Part shown: one piece after another, positions 32,119 to 41,549 of the stretch
Numbering within the stretch: the stretch's first letter is position 1
Layout: every line of letters starts with the position of its first letter
Assembly (NCBI GenBank): GCA_002311345.1
Contig: DCAA01000006.1
Location: 142,808 to 185,026 of the forward strand
Reading direction: 5' to 3'
Source of the DNA: Planctomycetes bacterium UBA1146
GTDB lineage: Bacteria; Planctomycetota; UBA8108; UBA1146
Length of the DNA: 42,219 nt
Notes under the pieces: generated by a model
What the model saw: only the letters and a program-made list of their open reading frames with translations
What the model was told of the DNA's origin: nothing
Databases searched by the model: none
Position numbers and translations under genes: made by a program

Positions 32119-33423
32119 ATGAACAGTGATCAGATCTCTGACAACGACTACTGGATTGCCCCCGTGCAGACCGCGGTACATGGAACCGTGCGTACCGAGG
32201 GCTCGAAATCGGTGGCCCAGCGGGTGCTGTTCAACGCAGTACTGGCCACTGGTGACAGTGAGGTGATGGGAGTCCCCGGCAACGAGGATCTGGACAGTTT
32301 CATCACTGCTCTTCGTGATCTGGGCTGTGAGATCGTCGGATCAGCTCCCGGATCTCTCCATATCCGCGGTACCGGAGCACGTCTTCCCTCAGGCGACCGG
32401 AATCTCGATCTGGGCCAAAACGGCACCGGGATGCGCTTCATCCTGGCTCTGGCAGCCCTCCGAGATGGCGAGACCTCGATCAAAGGACCGTCCCATCGCC
32501 CCATCCTGCCGCTGATCGATGCTCTTTGCGATCTTGGTTGTCAGGTGCAATGCCTCGAAGATCGAGGCGGATCATCGGTGAGAATCCGGGGTGGGACGGT
32601 GACAGGGAACAAGGTCGCTGTGAAGGCGGCAGTCTCCAGCCAGTTCACCAGTGCACTGATGCTGCTGGCCCCGCATCTGCCTCAGGGTCTTCACATCCGG
32701 CTCGTCGGTCCCATCTCATCACGACCCTACATCGATCTGACTGCTGCGGTGTTGCGGGCATTCGGAGTCACAGTCCGATTCATCGGCCGAGAGATCATCG
32801 TCGAGGGTGGCAGTGAGCTCCGTTCGGGCCGAATCCGGGTGGAGCCCGATGCTTCGGCGGCAGCATTCCCGCTGTGCGCGGCAGCCATCACTTCGGGGGA
32901 TGTCACCGTCGAGGGGGTGGGAAGCAAGTCCCTTCAGGGTGATCGAGTCATCGGCGAGATCCTTGCCGAAATGGGTTGCCCCGTCGAGGTCGGTGAGGAG
33001 AGCATCCGGGTCAACGGCCCACCAGTTCAAGCCATCTCCCGTGCCATGGATAGCAACCCGGATCTGGTTCCAGCCATCTCCGTGGTTTCTGCCTTCGCCC
33101 GGGGGGAATCGGTTTTTTCCGGCGTCTCCCATCTGAGATTCAAGGAGTGCGATCGTCTCGAAGTGTTGTGTCGAGGGCTGAACTCGGTCGGAATCCGTGC
33201 TGAGGTGGGCGCTGATCTGCTGCGGGTTGTTGGCAGTGACGGCACCGATTTGATCGGTGGAGATCTGGATCCACAAGGAGACCACAGGATGGCGATGGCG
33301 TTTTCACTGCTGGCGCTGAGGATCCCCGGAACCCGGGTTCTGAAACCAGGGTGCGTGGCGAAATCCGACCCGCTCTTTTTCGATCGTCTGGAAGGCCTGA
33401 TTCAGGAACGAGAGATCTCGTGA
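32119..33423 (+). CDS. aroA: 3-phosphoshikimate 1-carboxyvinyltransferase (EPSP synthase)
   Basis: GSKS..QR, G.NGT..RF, SSQF.SAL, S.PYI.LT, LR.KECDR, DHRMAM. Exact start uncertain. Confidence 0.92.
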   Translation: MNSDQISDNDYWIAPVQTAVHGTVRTEGSKSVAQRVLFNAVLATGDSEVMGVPGNEDLDSFITALRDLGCEIVGSAPGSLHIRGTGARLPSGDRNLDLGQNGTGMRFILALAALRDGETSIKGPSHRPILPLIDALCDLGCQVQCLEDRGGSSVRIRGGTVTGNKVAVKAAVSSQFTSALMLLAPHLPQGLHIRLVGPISSRPYIDLTAAVLRAFGVTVRFIGREIIVEGGSELRSGRIRVEPDASAAAFPLCAAAITSGDVTVEGVGSKSLQGDRVIGEILAEMGCPVEVGEESIRVNGPPVQAISRAMDSNPDLVPAISVVSAFARGESVFSGVSHLRFKECDRLEVLCRGLNSVGIRAEVGADLLRVVGSDGTDLIGGDLDPQGDHRMAMAFSLLALRIPGTRVLKPGCVAKSDPLFFDRLEGLIQEREIS

Positions 33424-35258
33424 AGAATTCCAACGTGGTCGACATCATCGTGGTAGGAGGAGGGCACGCCGGTTGCGAAGCCGCGCTGGCAGCAGCTCGT
33501 ATGGGGCGCGAGACGATCCTCGTCACCTTGAAAGAGAACACCATCGCAGCACTTTCTTGCAATCCTGCCATCGGCGGGGTGGGCAAGGGACAGTTGACGC
33601 GAGAGATCGATGCGCTCGGTGGGGTCCAGGGGCTCGTGACCGATCTGGCCGGGATCCACTACAGGATGCTGAATACTTCCAAGGGAGAAGCCGTTCAATC
33701 ACTCAGGGCTCAGGTGGACAAAGATGAATATTCGAAAGAGATGCGGGCACTCATCGCAAAACAGCCTCGCCTTCGCGTCTGGGAGGGGTCAGTCGAGGAT
33801 ATTCATCTCGATGGGGAACGAGCAGGCGGAGTGAAGCTAGGCGATGGATCGGTGCTTCGGTCGAGAAGAGTGATTCTTACCAACGGCACCTTTTTGCGCG
33901 CGGTGATGCATGTCGGTGAGAACATCTCCGAGGGTGGTCGAGTTGGAGAGGGGTCTGTTCAGCATTTGAGCGGAGTTCTCGGTGCGATGGGCCTGGAGAC
34001 GGGAAGGCTGAAGACGGGAACTCCTCCTCGTCTGGATCGAAGTTCCATCGACTGGGATCGACTGACGATCCAGCAGCCGGATCCGGAGCCTGAAGGGTTC
34101 AGTCACTGGCGCGATCTTCCCCGTCGAGAGTGGATGAACTGTCATGTCACTCGTACCAACGAATCGGTCCATGATGTGATTCGATCCCATCTCCACCGCA
34201 GTCCCATGTACTCGGGACAGATCGAGGGGGTGGGACCGCGCTACTGTCCTTCCATCGAGGACAAGGTGGTTCGTTTTCCCGACCGCACTGGACACACGAT
34301 TTATCTCGAGAGAGAAGGGTTGCAGTCCCGTTCCGTCTACGTCAACGGCGTCTCTACCAGCCTTCCAGCCGATGCGCAGGAACAACTGGTGGCTCGGATT
34401 CCCGGGCTGGAGAAGGCCAAATTCTTGCGACACGGATACGCGGTGGAATACGATTTCTTTCCGCCTTATCAGATTCGCCGCACCTTCGAATGTCGGGCCG
34501 TGCCGGGGCTTTACCTGGCGGGGCAGATCTGCGGGACCAGTGGTTACGAGGAAGCAGCAGCCCAGGGATTTCTTGCCGGGGTCAACGCAGTGCTCTCGCT
34601 GGCCGATGAGGCGCCCTTCATCCTCGGAAGGGATGAGGCTTACATGGGGGTTCTCGCAGATGATCTGGTGCGTTGCGATCCCCGGGAGCCATATCGGATG
34701 TTCACCTCACGTGCGGAGTATCGGCTGATGTTGCGCCATGACAACGCGGATCTGCGACTTGCGTGTCGGGGTGAAGAACTGGGTCTGATCGATGCCCGAC
34801 AGGCCGATCGTGTCCGTGCCGACCAGCAGAAGATCAGCGATACCATCAGTCGACTCCACGGAACCCGCATCGGGACTCGTACTCTTCATCAGAGGCTCCG
34901 GAGTCCCGGTACCAACTGGAAGACACTGGAGGAGGAGATCCCCGAGGTGACCACCTGGCAGCTGGAGGAACGGCTCCAGGAGAGGATCCGTATCGAGGTG
35001 CGATACGAGTCCTACATCGAACGTCAGATGATCGAGGTGGAGAGGTTACGAAAACAGGAACGATGGCAGTTGCCGGATGACCTCCAGTATTCAGAAATCC
35101 CGGGACTGCGATCAGAGGCGCGTGAGAAGTTGAACAGTTTGCGTCCCGATACCATCGCATCCGCACAGCGCATCGCAGGTGTGAGTCCAGCGGACATCTC
35201 CTGTCTGATGGTGGCACTACGTGCGCGAACGCAGCACGAGGGCAGGGAATCCAGATGA
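33420..35258 (+). CDS. mnmG: tRNA uridine 5-carboxymethylaminomethyl modification enzyme
   Basis: VVGGGHAGCEAA, SCNPAIGG..KG, RLKTGTPPR, GPRYCPSIEDK, AGQI.GTSGYEEAA, EPYRMFTSRAEYR; GTGA overlap with aroA. Confidence 0.97.
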   Translation: MKNSNVVDIIVVGGGHAGCEAALAAARMGRETILVTLKENTIAALSCNPAIGGVGKGQLTREIDALGGVQGLVTDLAGIHYRMLNTSKGEAVQSLRAQVDKDEYSKEMRALIAKQPRLRVWEGSVEDIHLDGERAGGVKLGDGSVLRSRRVILTNGTFLRAVMHVGENISEGGRVGEGSVQHLSGVLGAMGLETGRLKTGTPPRLDRSSIDWDRLTIQQPDPEPEGFSHWRDLPRREWMNCHVTRTNESVHDVIRSHLHRSPMYSGQIEGVGPRYCPSIEDKVVRFPDRTGHTIYLEREGLQSRSVYVNGVSTSLPADAQEQLVARIPGLEKAKFLRHGYAVEYDFFPPYQIRRTFECRAVPGLYLAGQICGTSGYEEAAAQGFLAGVNAVLSLADEAPFILGRDEAYMGVLADDLVRCDPREPYRMFTSRAEYRLMLRHDNADLRLACRGEELGLIDARQADRVRADQQKISDTISRLHGTRIGTRTLHQRLRSPGTNWKTLEEEIPEVTTWQLEERLQERIRIEVRYESYIERQMIEVERLRKQERWQLPDDLQYSEIPGLRSEAREKLNSLRPDTIASAQRIAGVSPADISCLMVALRARTQHEGRESR

Positions 35259-35749
35259 TCCGTGATCGGACCTCCGCCGCGAAAATTCGCTGGATGTTGA
35301 ATCTCTGGCCCCCGTTTTTTTTCCAGGGGATCCGGGTGCAACATATCGATCCCGCCTTCCAGGTCGCCGATGTCGATGTGAAGAGGTCGATTCTCACGCG
35401 GAACATCATGGGCACCACCTTCGGAGGAGCCATGATGGCTGCCGCGGATCCATTCTTCCCGATCCTCTACTGGCGAACTCTGGCGAACGAGGGCCACTCT
35501 CTCGATGTCTGGCTTCGATCACAGAAAGCTGAATTTCTGGTTCCGGCCGATCAGACGGTGAGGATGCATTTCTCGGTGAACTCCCAGCAACTCGATAGGG
35601 CAAGAGAGGGGATCCTCGGGGCCGGTAGAGTGGATCTGGTCGATGAGGTCGAGGCAGTTCTTCCCGGAGGAAAGGTGGCTGCCAGATTTCGGATCACCAG
35701 TTCTTTCCGCTCGCGGAGTTCCGGTTCCTCTCCAATTGAAGGTCGGTAG
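35255..35749 (+). CDS. DUF4442 / hotdog-fold thioesterase-like protein
   Basis: LNLWPPF...GIRV, RN..GT.FGG.M..A.DP, VW.....+FL.P. Confidence 0.82.
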   Translation: MIRDRTSAAKIRWMLNLWPPFFFQGIRVQHIDPAFQVADVDVKRSILTRNIMGTTFGGAMMAAADPFFPILYWRTLANEGHSLDVWLRSQKAEFLVPADQTVRMHFSVNSQQLDRAREGILGAGRVDLVDEVEAVLPGGKVAARFRITSSFRSRSSGSSPIEGR

Positions 35750-35809
35750 GCGATAGACTGGTTCAACTTACATTCGATCGCCCCGAAATCTCCGGGGTGA
35801 TGACCGGAA

Positions 35810-36433
35810 ATGGCAATTTGTATGAACCAGTCAGACCTCGCGCCAGGAATTCCCGACTCGGATTCCGAACTTCTCGGTCATCGAGGCCGTGGCACCCGGC
35901 TGGATCCTCGTTTCGAACTGGTGGAGGAGTCCCTTTCATATCAGGGAGCCTGCTACCGAATGTTCACCCGTCGCGAGAGACTGCCCGATGGTCGAGTCGT
36001 CGACCGTGACGTTATCCGTCATCCTGGAGCTTCGGCGATCTTGCCGCTGCTGCCGAATGACCGAATCATCCTCATCGAACAGTACCGACCAGCAGTGGGA
36101 CATAATTTGCTCGAGATCCCTGCCGGTCTGCTCGAACAGGGGGAAGAACCGATCGACTGTGCCCGGCGGGAAATGAGGGAGGAGACCGGTTTCGAGGCCG
36201 GGAAACTGACTCCATTGCTGGAGATCCTTCCGGCCACCGGGTTCAGTGATGAGCGGATGTATATCTTTCTGGCACAAGACCTCCAGTTCGTCGGCCAGGA
36301 TCCTGACGAGGATGAGTGGGTGAAGGTCCACTCGGTTTCTTCTCGCACAGCAAGGAAACTGCTCGAGGAGGGGGAAATCGTCGATGGCAAGACGGTAGCC
36401 GCCTTGCTCCACTGGTTCGGACATTCCCGATGA
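35810..36433 (+). CDS. NUDIX hydrolase (ADP-ribose pyrophosphatase-like)
   Basis: Nudix box GLLEQGEEPIDCARREMREETG; HPGA, QYRP, D.DE, I.DGKT. Confidence 0.9.
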   Translation: MAICMNQSDLAPGIPDSDSELLGHRGRGTRLDPRFELVEESLSYQGACYRMFTRRERLPDGRVVDRDVIRHPGASAILPLLPNDRIILIEQYRPAVGHNLLEIPAGLLEQGEEPIDCARREMREETGFEAGKLTPLLEILPATGFSDERMYIFLAQDLQFVGQDPDEDEWVKVHSVSSRTARKLLEEGEIVDGKTVAALLHWFGHSR

Positions 36434-37749
36434 TGCCTCGAATTGCCATCGTAGGTCGTCCCAATGTCGGGAAGTCGACCCTTCTCAATCGGTTGGCGAA
36501 GCGCCGGGTGAGCATTGTCCATGATCGTCCTGGTGTGACTCGTGATCGAGTTTCCATCGAGGTGGAGATCATGGGGCGACAGGTAGAGATCATCGATACC
36601 GGTGGAATTGGTATCACCGATGAAGCACAACTCGATGCTGAAATTGACCAGCAGATCGACGCCGCCATCTCGAGTGCGGACCTGATCCTGATGCTCGTCG
36701 ATGCCAAGGAAGGACTTCAACCACTCGACCATAGCGTTGCTGAAAGACTGCGCCCGCTCGAGAAAAAGTGCCATCTGGTCGTGAACAAGTGTGAGGCGGA
36801 CCGTGAACTCGACTCGATTGCAGAGTTCTGGACACTGGGACTGGGGAATCCCTGGCCCATCTCCGCCGCCCACGGTCAGGGCGTCAACGAGTTGATCGAG
36901 CGATTCGTCGCCGATATTCCCGATGGAGGCGAAAAGGAGGCCACTCCTGCTCTCAAGATCTCCATCGTCGGGCGACGCAATGCCGGGAAATCGACCTTCA
37001 TCAATGCTCTGATCGGTGAAGAACGAGTCATCGTCAGCGACATCGCCGGGACAACAAGAGATGCTATCGACGTTCGGTTCGAGAAGGACGGTATCCCTTT
37101 CATCGTCATCGACACGGCAGGACTGCTTCGCAAGGGCAAGTTGAAGGGGTCGGTGGAGTTCTATGCCCAGAGTCGCGCTCTCGCAGCGATCGGTAGATCT
37201 GACGTAGTGGTAGTGATGATCGATGCGGTACATGGAATCTCACAACTGGACATGAGGATTGCCCGTGAAGTGGTGGATCGACATCGTCCCTGCGTCATTG
37301 CTGTCAACAAGTGGGATCTCGCCAAGGACCGGACCACGATGGAGGATTACGAAAAATACCTGGGGAAGAAGTTGCCGAGCATCTCCTACGCTCCAGTGCT
37401 GTTCATGAGTGCCATACATGCTCGCAACGTGACGAAATGCATCTCGCTGGTCCAGTCCCTCTCGAAACAGGCGAACAAGCGAGTCACCACCGGAATTCTG
37501 AATCGTGCTGTCGATGACATCAGGAATGGTCCTCGCGCCAGGGTCAAGCACGGCAAGGAACCCAAGATCTATTACGCAACCCAGGTAGCAGTGATGCCCC
37601 CGACTGTCGCCATGTTCGTGAACAAGCCAGAATACTTCACGCCCCAGATTCGACGTGCGATGGAGAATCGTATGCGAGATCTTCTCGAGGTCCCCGAGGT
37701 TCCGGTTCGAATTTTCTATCGCGAAAAGGGGAGAAAAAAAGATGAGTGA
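36430..37749 (+). CDS. der: Ribosome biogenesis double GTPase Der (EngA)
   Basis: Two G domains (GRPNVGKST/DTGG/NKCE and GRRNAGKST/DTAG/NKWD) and a KH-like C-terminus. Confidence 0.97.
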   Translation: MMPRIAIVGRPNVGKSTLLNRLAKRRVSIVHDRPGVTRDRVSIEVEIMGRQVEIIDTGGIGITDEAQLDAEIDQQIDAAISSADLILMLVDAKEGLQPLDHSVAERLRPLEKKCHLVVNKCEADRELDSIAEFWTLGLGNPWPISAAHGQGVNELIERFVADIPDGGEKEATPALKISIVGRRNAGKSTFINALIGEERVIVSDIAGTTRDAIDVRFEKDGIPFIVIDTAGLLRKGKLKGSVEFYAQSRALAAIGRSDVVVVMIDAVHGISQLDMRIAREVVDRHRPCVIAVNKWDLAKDRTTMEDYEKYLGKKLPSISYAPVLFMSAIHARNVTKCISLVQSLSKQANKRVTTGILNRAVDDIRNGPRARVKHGKEPKIYYATQVAVMPPTVAMFVNKPEYFTPQIRRAMENRMRDLLEVPEVPVRIFYREKGRKKDE

Positions 37750-38269
37750 GAAGAAGCCTATCCGGGTACTCGGGATCGATCCGGGACTCGCCAAGATGGG
37801 TTGGGGTGTCATCGATGTGGACGGCACCTGCTTGTCGCTGGTTGACTTCGGTTTCCTGCGCACCTCCACCGATCTATCGCACTCGGAAAGGTTACTCACG
37901 ATTCATCAGGAGATGAAGAAAGTGGTGACCGCCTTCGAGCCGCAAATTGCTGCCATCGAGGAGGTCTTTCATGGTAAGAATGCCCGCAGTGCTCTACTCA
38001 CCGGTGAAGGTAGAGCTGCAAGTATTCTGGCCTGTTCCCTGGCGGGGATCAGGGTGGTGGAACTGGCCGCTACAGTGGTCAAACTCGGAGTGACCGGGAA
38101 CGGGCGTGCGAGCAAACAACAGGTCCAGGCGATGGTGCAGAGAATTCTCGGATTGAAAGAACCTCCCCGTCCCGTCGATGCTGCCGATGCGCTTGCTGTT
38201 GCCATAGTCCAGGCGCAGCGCAACCGAAGCGAGATCACTGTCATGCCACCCGGGACCAGTGGTAGTTGA
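37742..38269 (+). CDS. ruvC: Holliday junction resolvase RuvC
   Basis: LGIDPG, IEEVF..KN, VK..VTG.GRASK.QV, DAADALAVA. Confidence 0.95.
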   Translation: MSEKKPIRVLGIDPGLAKMGWGVIDVDGTCLSLVDFGFLRTSTDLSHSERLLTIHQEMKKVVTAFEPQIAAIEEVFHGKNARSALLTGEGRAASILACSLAGIRVVELAATVVKLGVTGNGRASKQQVQAMVQRILGLKEPPRPVDAADALAVAIVQAQRNRSEITVMPPGTSGS

Positions 38270-38382
38270 GAGCGTCCGCGGCTAGACTTACACCCAGGGA
38301 AAAGTCTGTAGCGGTAGCCCGGGGCAGACGATAGGTCGCTTTGCCGCGGGAACCGTTGGAGACACCACCAGAGAGGAACGGG

Positions 38383-38601
38383 ATGGCCAAAGAGGAACCG
38401 ATAGAGGTGACGGCAATCGTCAAGGAGTCGTTGCCGAATACCACCTTCCGGTGTGAGCTGGAGAACGGTCACATCGTATTGGCTCACATCAGTGGCAAGA
38501 TGCGGAAGCATTACATCCGGATCAATCCTGGAGACAGCGTCACCCTGCAAATCTCGCCCTACGATCTGACCAAGGGCCGTATCGTTTACCGGGAACGGTG
38601 A
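38383..38601 (+). CDS. infA: Translation initiation factor IF-1
   Basis: 72 aa, MAKEEPIEV...[30 protein letters not shown]....[12 protein letters not shown]; GAGGA RBS. Confidence 0.97.
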   Translation: MAKEEPIEVTAIVKESLPNTTFRCELENGHIVLAHISGKMRKHYIRINPGDSVTLQISPYDLTKGRIVYRER

Positions 38602-40256
38602 TCCTATTGGCTAGTTCTTGCGGATTTCTCATCGAACAACCCCGTCTCACGAGTTCTCGCCGCCGATTCCAATTCCTCTTTCTATTGGTGCTGCTGGCCA
38701 CTGTGTTGCTGGGTACCGTCGTCGAGGGACAGGGACGTCCCACGTCAGGACGAAGATCCGGCAAGGACAGGATCTCCCCCGAGGTGAAGCATGCCGCGCG
38801 CTCCATCACCGCACGCGAATGTCTCGAACATGTCATCTGGCTTGCGGATGATCTGAGGGAAGGTCGACTGGCCGGAACTCGCGGTTCTCGCGACGCAGCG
38901 GATTACATCAAGAAGTCGTTTGAGCAGAACGGGCTGCTCCCCGGAGGCGATGACGGAACATGGTTCCAGAACTTCTCCATTCCGGGGCGATCAGGGGTTC
39001 GGGGTCCAGTGGAGTCAGCCAACAGGGTTCGGTTTCTGGTCTCCGAGAATGCTCTCGGTGTTCTGTCGTTACAGTTTGGTGACGAATTCCTGCCACACCC
39101 TCGATCACCGGATGCCGATCTGTCAGCGATGTGTGCCTATCTGCTGGAGCCTTTGCAGACGCCAGAGCAATTGGAGCGAGATCCAATCAAGGATCACATC
39201 GCGGTGATGCCGATCGATGAGCCGCTCTCCGAAGAGGTGCTGGAGGCGACCTGTGCCGATATCGTCGAGCGAGGAGGAGTAGCGCTGTTCCTGGTGGGGG
39301 AAGCCCGTCGTGACGGTCGCTCGACAGTCTGGCCTCCCCCGGGAAATCGAGACCAATCCGAAGAACAACGCCAACTCCATGTTCAGCAACTGCTACCGAT
39401 TCCCGTGGTGCGAATCCATGGTAGTGGAAACCTGAAGCTGTGGAAAATTTCCGGGCGTCCCGAGCGGTCCTGGAAGCGGCAATCGACAAATGACGGTGCC
39501 GTGCGAATGGGACGGCCGTTCGTGCGTCTGGAGGTGAGCCGAAGCGGAAGGGATCTGAGCCTGGGTCGAAACGTGGTCGGGCGTTTGCTGGGGGCAGATC
39601 CAGAACTCCGTAATGAATTTGTCGTCATCGGAGCCCACTATGACCATCTCGGTAGGGGACTGATGTCTGGACGATATGCGGAGGGTAGCAAGGGTGAAAT
39701 TCACAACGGTGCTGACGACAACGCTTCGGGGGTGGCAGCACTGCTGGAACTGGCAGAGGCCTACGCTCTCAATCGACTTCGTCCCAAGAGAACCCTGATC
39801 TTCGTCGCCTTCGATGCCGAGGAGTTGGGGTTGCATGGTTCCAACTTTTTCGTGGCGGAGGGTGGATATCCAATCGAGTTGATTCGTGGGATGGTCAACA
39901 TGGACATGATCTCGCGAAATAACCCCGATGTGGTCAAAGTAGGTCGGCGAGCTTCCGACGAATATCTTGGCGGTGTCATAGAACAGATGGCCAAGATCCT
40001 GAGGCTGACGATTGACGAGACCGGGATGGATGAATTCCTGGATCGGTCCGACCAGGCTCCTTTCCTCAGTGCCGACATCCCTGCGGTGTTCTTCTTCGGA
40101 GGAATGCATGGTGATTATCACTCACCTACTGATGACGTGGAAAATTTGTCCCCCGTCAAGATGGAGAATATTGGGCGACTCGCCTTCCTGACTTCCTGGG
40201 GTCTTCTGCAACAGGTGATCGAACCGGACCAGGACGAGCCCGAGGAATCGGATTGA
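38598..40256 (+). CDS. M28-family aminopeptidase with PA-like insert, membrane-anchored or exported
   Basis: [45 protein letters not shown]...D. Start uncertain. Confidence 0.88.
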   Translation: MILLASSCGFLIEQPRLTSSRRRFQFLFLLVLLATVLLGTVVEGQGRPTSGRRSGKDRISPEVKHAARSITARECLEHVIWLADDLREGRLAGTRGSRDAADYIKKSFEQNGLLPGGDDGTWFQNFSIPGRSGVRGPVESANRVRFLVSENALGVLSLQFGDEFLPHPRSPDADLSAMCAYLLEPLQTPEQLERDPIKDHIAVMPIDEPLSEEVLEATCADIVERGGVALFLVGEARRDGRSTVWPPPGNRDQSEEQRQLHVQQLLPIPVVRIHGSGNLKLWKISGRPERSWKRQSTNDGAVRMGRPFVRLEVSRSGRDLSLGRNVVGRLLGADPELRNEFVVIGAHYDHLGRGLMSGRYAEGSKGEIHNGADDNASGVAALLELAEAYALNRLRPKRTLIFVAFDAEELGLHGSNFFVAEGGYPIELIRGMVNMDMISRNNPDVVKVGRRASDEYLGGVIEQMAKILRLTIDETGMDEFLDRSDQAPFLSADIPAVFFFGGMHGDYHSPTDDVENLSPVKMENIGRLAFLTSWGLLQQVIEPDQDEPEESD

Positions 40257-40295
40257 ATCTGTTCAGTCTGTCCGGGGTTCTATGGGGAGAAATAG

Positions 40296-41540
40296 GTGGT
40301 GAAGATGTTTCCTCTGCGCACCTCAATCCCTGTCCTTGTTTTCTTGTGCCTTTCCACCTGGGTTTCTGTTCCAGTTCTTGCCCAGGGGGGTTCTTCAGCG
40401 GTTGCTGAGCGGGTGTGGGACATCATCAAGGGCCACGATGACGATGGAGACGGCATCGTCACTCGCGACGAGTTCGATCGAGATTCCCGCGCCTTCGCCA
40501 GTTACGACCTCGATCGTGACGGCCGTTTGACAGCGGAGGAGATCCAGCGCTGGGCATCGGCGCGCTCGAACGGTCGCGCTGGTAGAGGTGGAGGCGGTGG
40601 CCAGAGAGGTGGTTTCGGCGGCAATCGTGGGCGAGGACCAGGTCGCTTGATCGGAGCACTCGGTGATCTGGATGCCGATGGTGTCGTTACTGACGGCGAA
40701 TGGAAAAGTGCGCTCGATGGAATGAGCGAGCAAGGCAGGATCCCTGTCGAGGTTTTCGCAGCCAAACTGGAGGAAAAAGGACTCGGCCGGATGATGGCGT
40801 TTCTCCTCGATCGAATTGACCCGGATGGGACCGGATTCATCGATCGAGAGAGTGTCGAGATGATGTTCACACGCGCCGATACGGACGGTGATGGTCGCGT
40901 CGAGGTCATCTCTACCGATGGTGCAAGAAACCGTCCTGGGAATCCTGGTGGTGGGGCTTTCGGACGTGGAGCTCCTGATACGCGTCGCGGTGGGCCTGCT
41001 CCTTCGGTTGGAGAAGTTGCTCCGGACTTCACGCTGCCACTGGCTGACGATTCCCAGAAGTCCGTTCAACTATCCAGTTTCGTCGGTAAGAAACCCGTTG
41101 CGCTCATCTTCGGCAGTTACACCTGACCGCCCTTCCGCAGATCAGCCGGTCGGCTGACAGAAATCCATGAACGCTTTTCGGGGGATGTCGAGTTTTTCCT
41201 GGTGTACATCCGTGAAGCACACGCTCTCGACAGCCCGGTTCCCAATCTACAGGGACCACTGCTCGAGGATCCCATCAGTTTCAGCGAGCGTAGTGGTGTC
41301 GCGACCCGTTGTACGGCGGATCTGCATCTACCGATGCCCGCACTGGTCGATGGAATGGATGACGCCGTGAATCAGGCCTACCAGGGGCACCCGGATCGTC
41401 TCTACCTCGTCGGCAGGGACGGTAAGATCAGTTTTGCCGGTGAACGAGGTCCCCGAGGTTTCGATCCGGATGTTCTGGAGGACGCGATAGAGCGGGAACT
41501 CAGCAAATCGGCTCCCGCACCACGGCGCGCCCGGCTCTGA
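40296..41540 (+). CDS. Predicted selenoprotein: signal peptide, multiple EF-hands and an iodothyronine-deiodinase-like (thioredoxin-fold) domain; Sec at codon 277 (TGA 41124-41126)
   Basis: The frame continues past TGA without another stop: APDFTL...KPVALIFGSYT-U-PPFRRSAGRLTEIHERFSGDVEFFLVYIREAH...VDGMDD.VN.AY...PDRLY.VG.DGKI...G..GP.GF. This matches deiodinase FGSCTUPPF / YIEEAH. SECIS-like hairpin follows the TGA. Start may be ATG 40305. Confidence 0.88.
41142..41157 (+). promoter_or_regulatory. Bacterial SECIS-like stem-loop
   Basis: TCAGCC-GGTC-GGCTGA: perfect 6-bp stem with a G-first GGUC loop, separated from the in-frame UGA by 21 nt. Confidence 0.75.
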
Positions 41541-41549
41541 AGTTCCTCG

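Noticed and set aside
35315-35322. Homopolymer tracts (T8 here, A7 at 37734-37740) as phase-variation or frameshift sites
   Set aside because: Both tracts are short, both reading frames are intact, and they encode ordinary Phe or Lys runs.
38284-38307. AGACTT...AAGTCT inverted repeat upstream of infA as a terminator or ncRNA
   Set aside because: The stem is weak and AT-rich, has no U-tract, and resembles no RNA family I recognise.
41124-41126. TGA as a nonsense mutation (pseudogene) or as evidence of an alternative genetic code
   Set aside because: It falls exactly on the deiodinase Sec position and has a SECIS-like hairpin. Many conserved genes here (actA, sufB, infA, der) end normally at TGA, so UGA is not globally reassigned.
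41202-41540. Stand-alone 112 aa ORF
   Set aside because: It starts in the middle of the domain with no clear RBS and is better explained as the C-terminal part of the readthrough protein.
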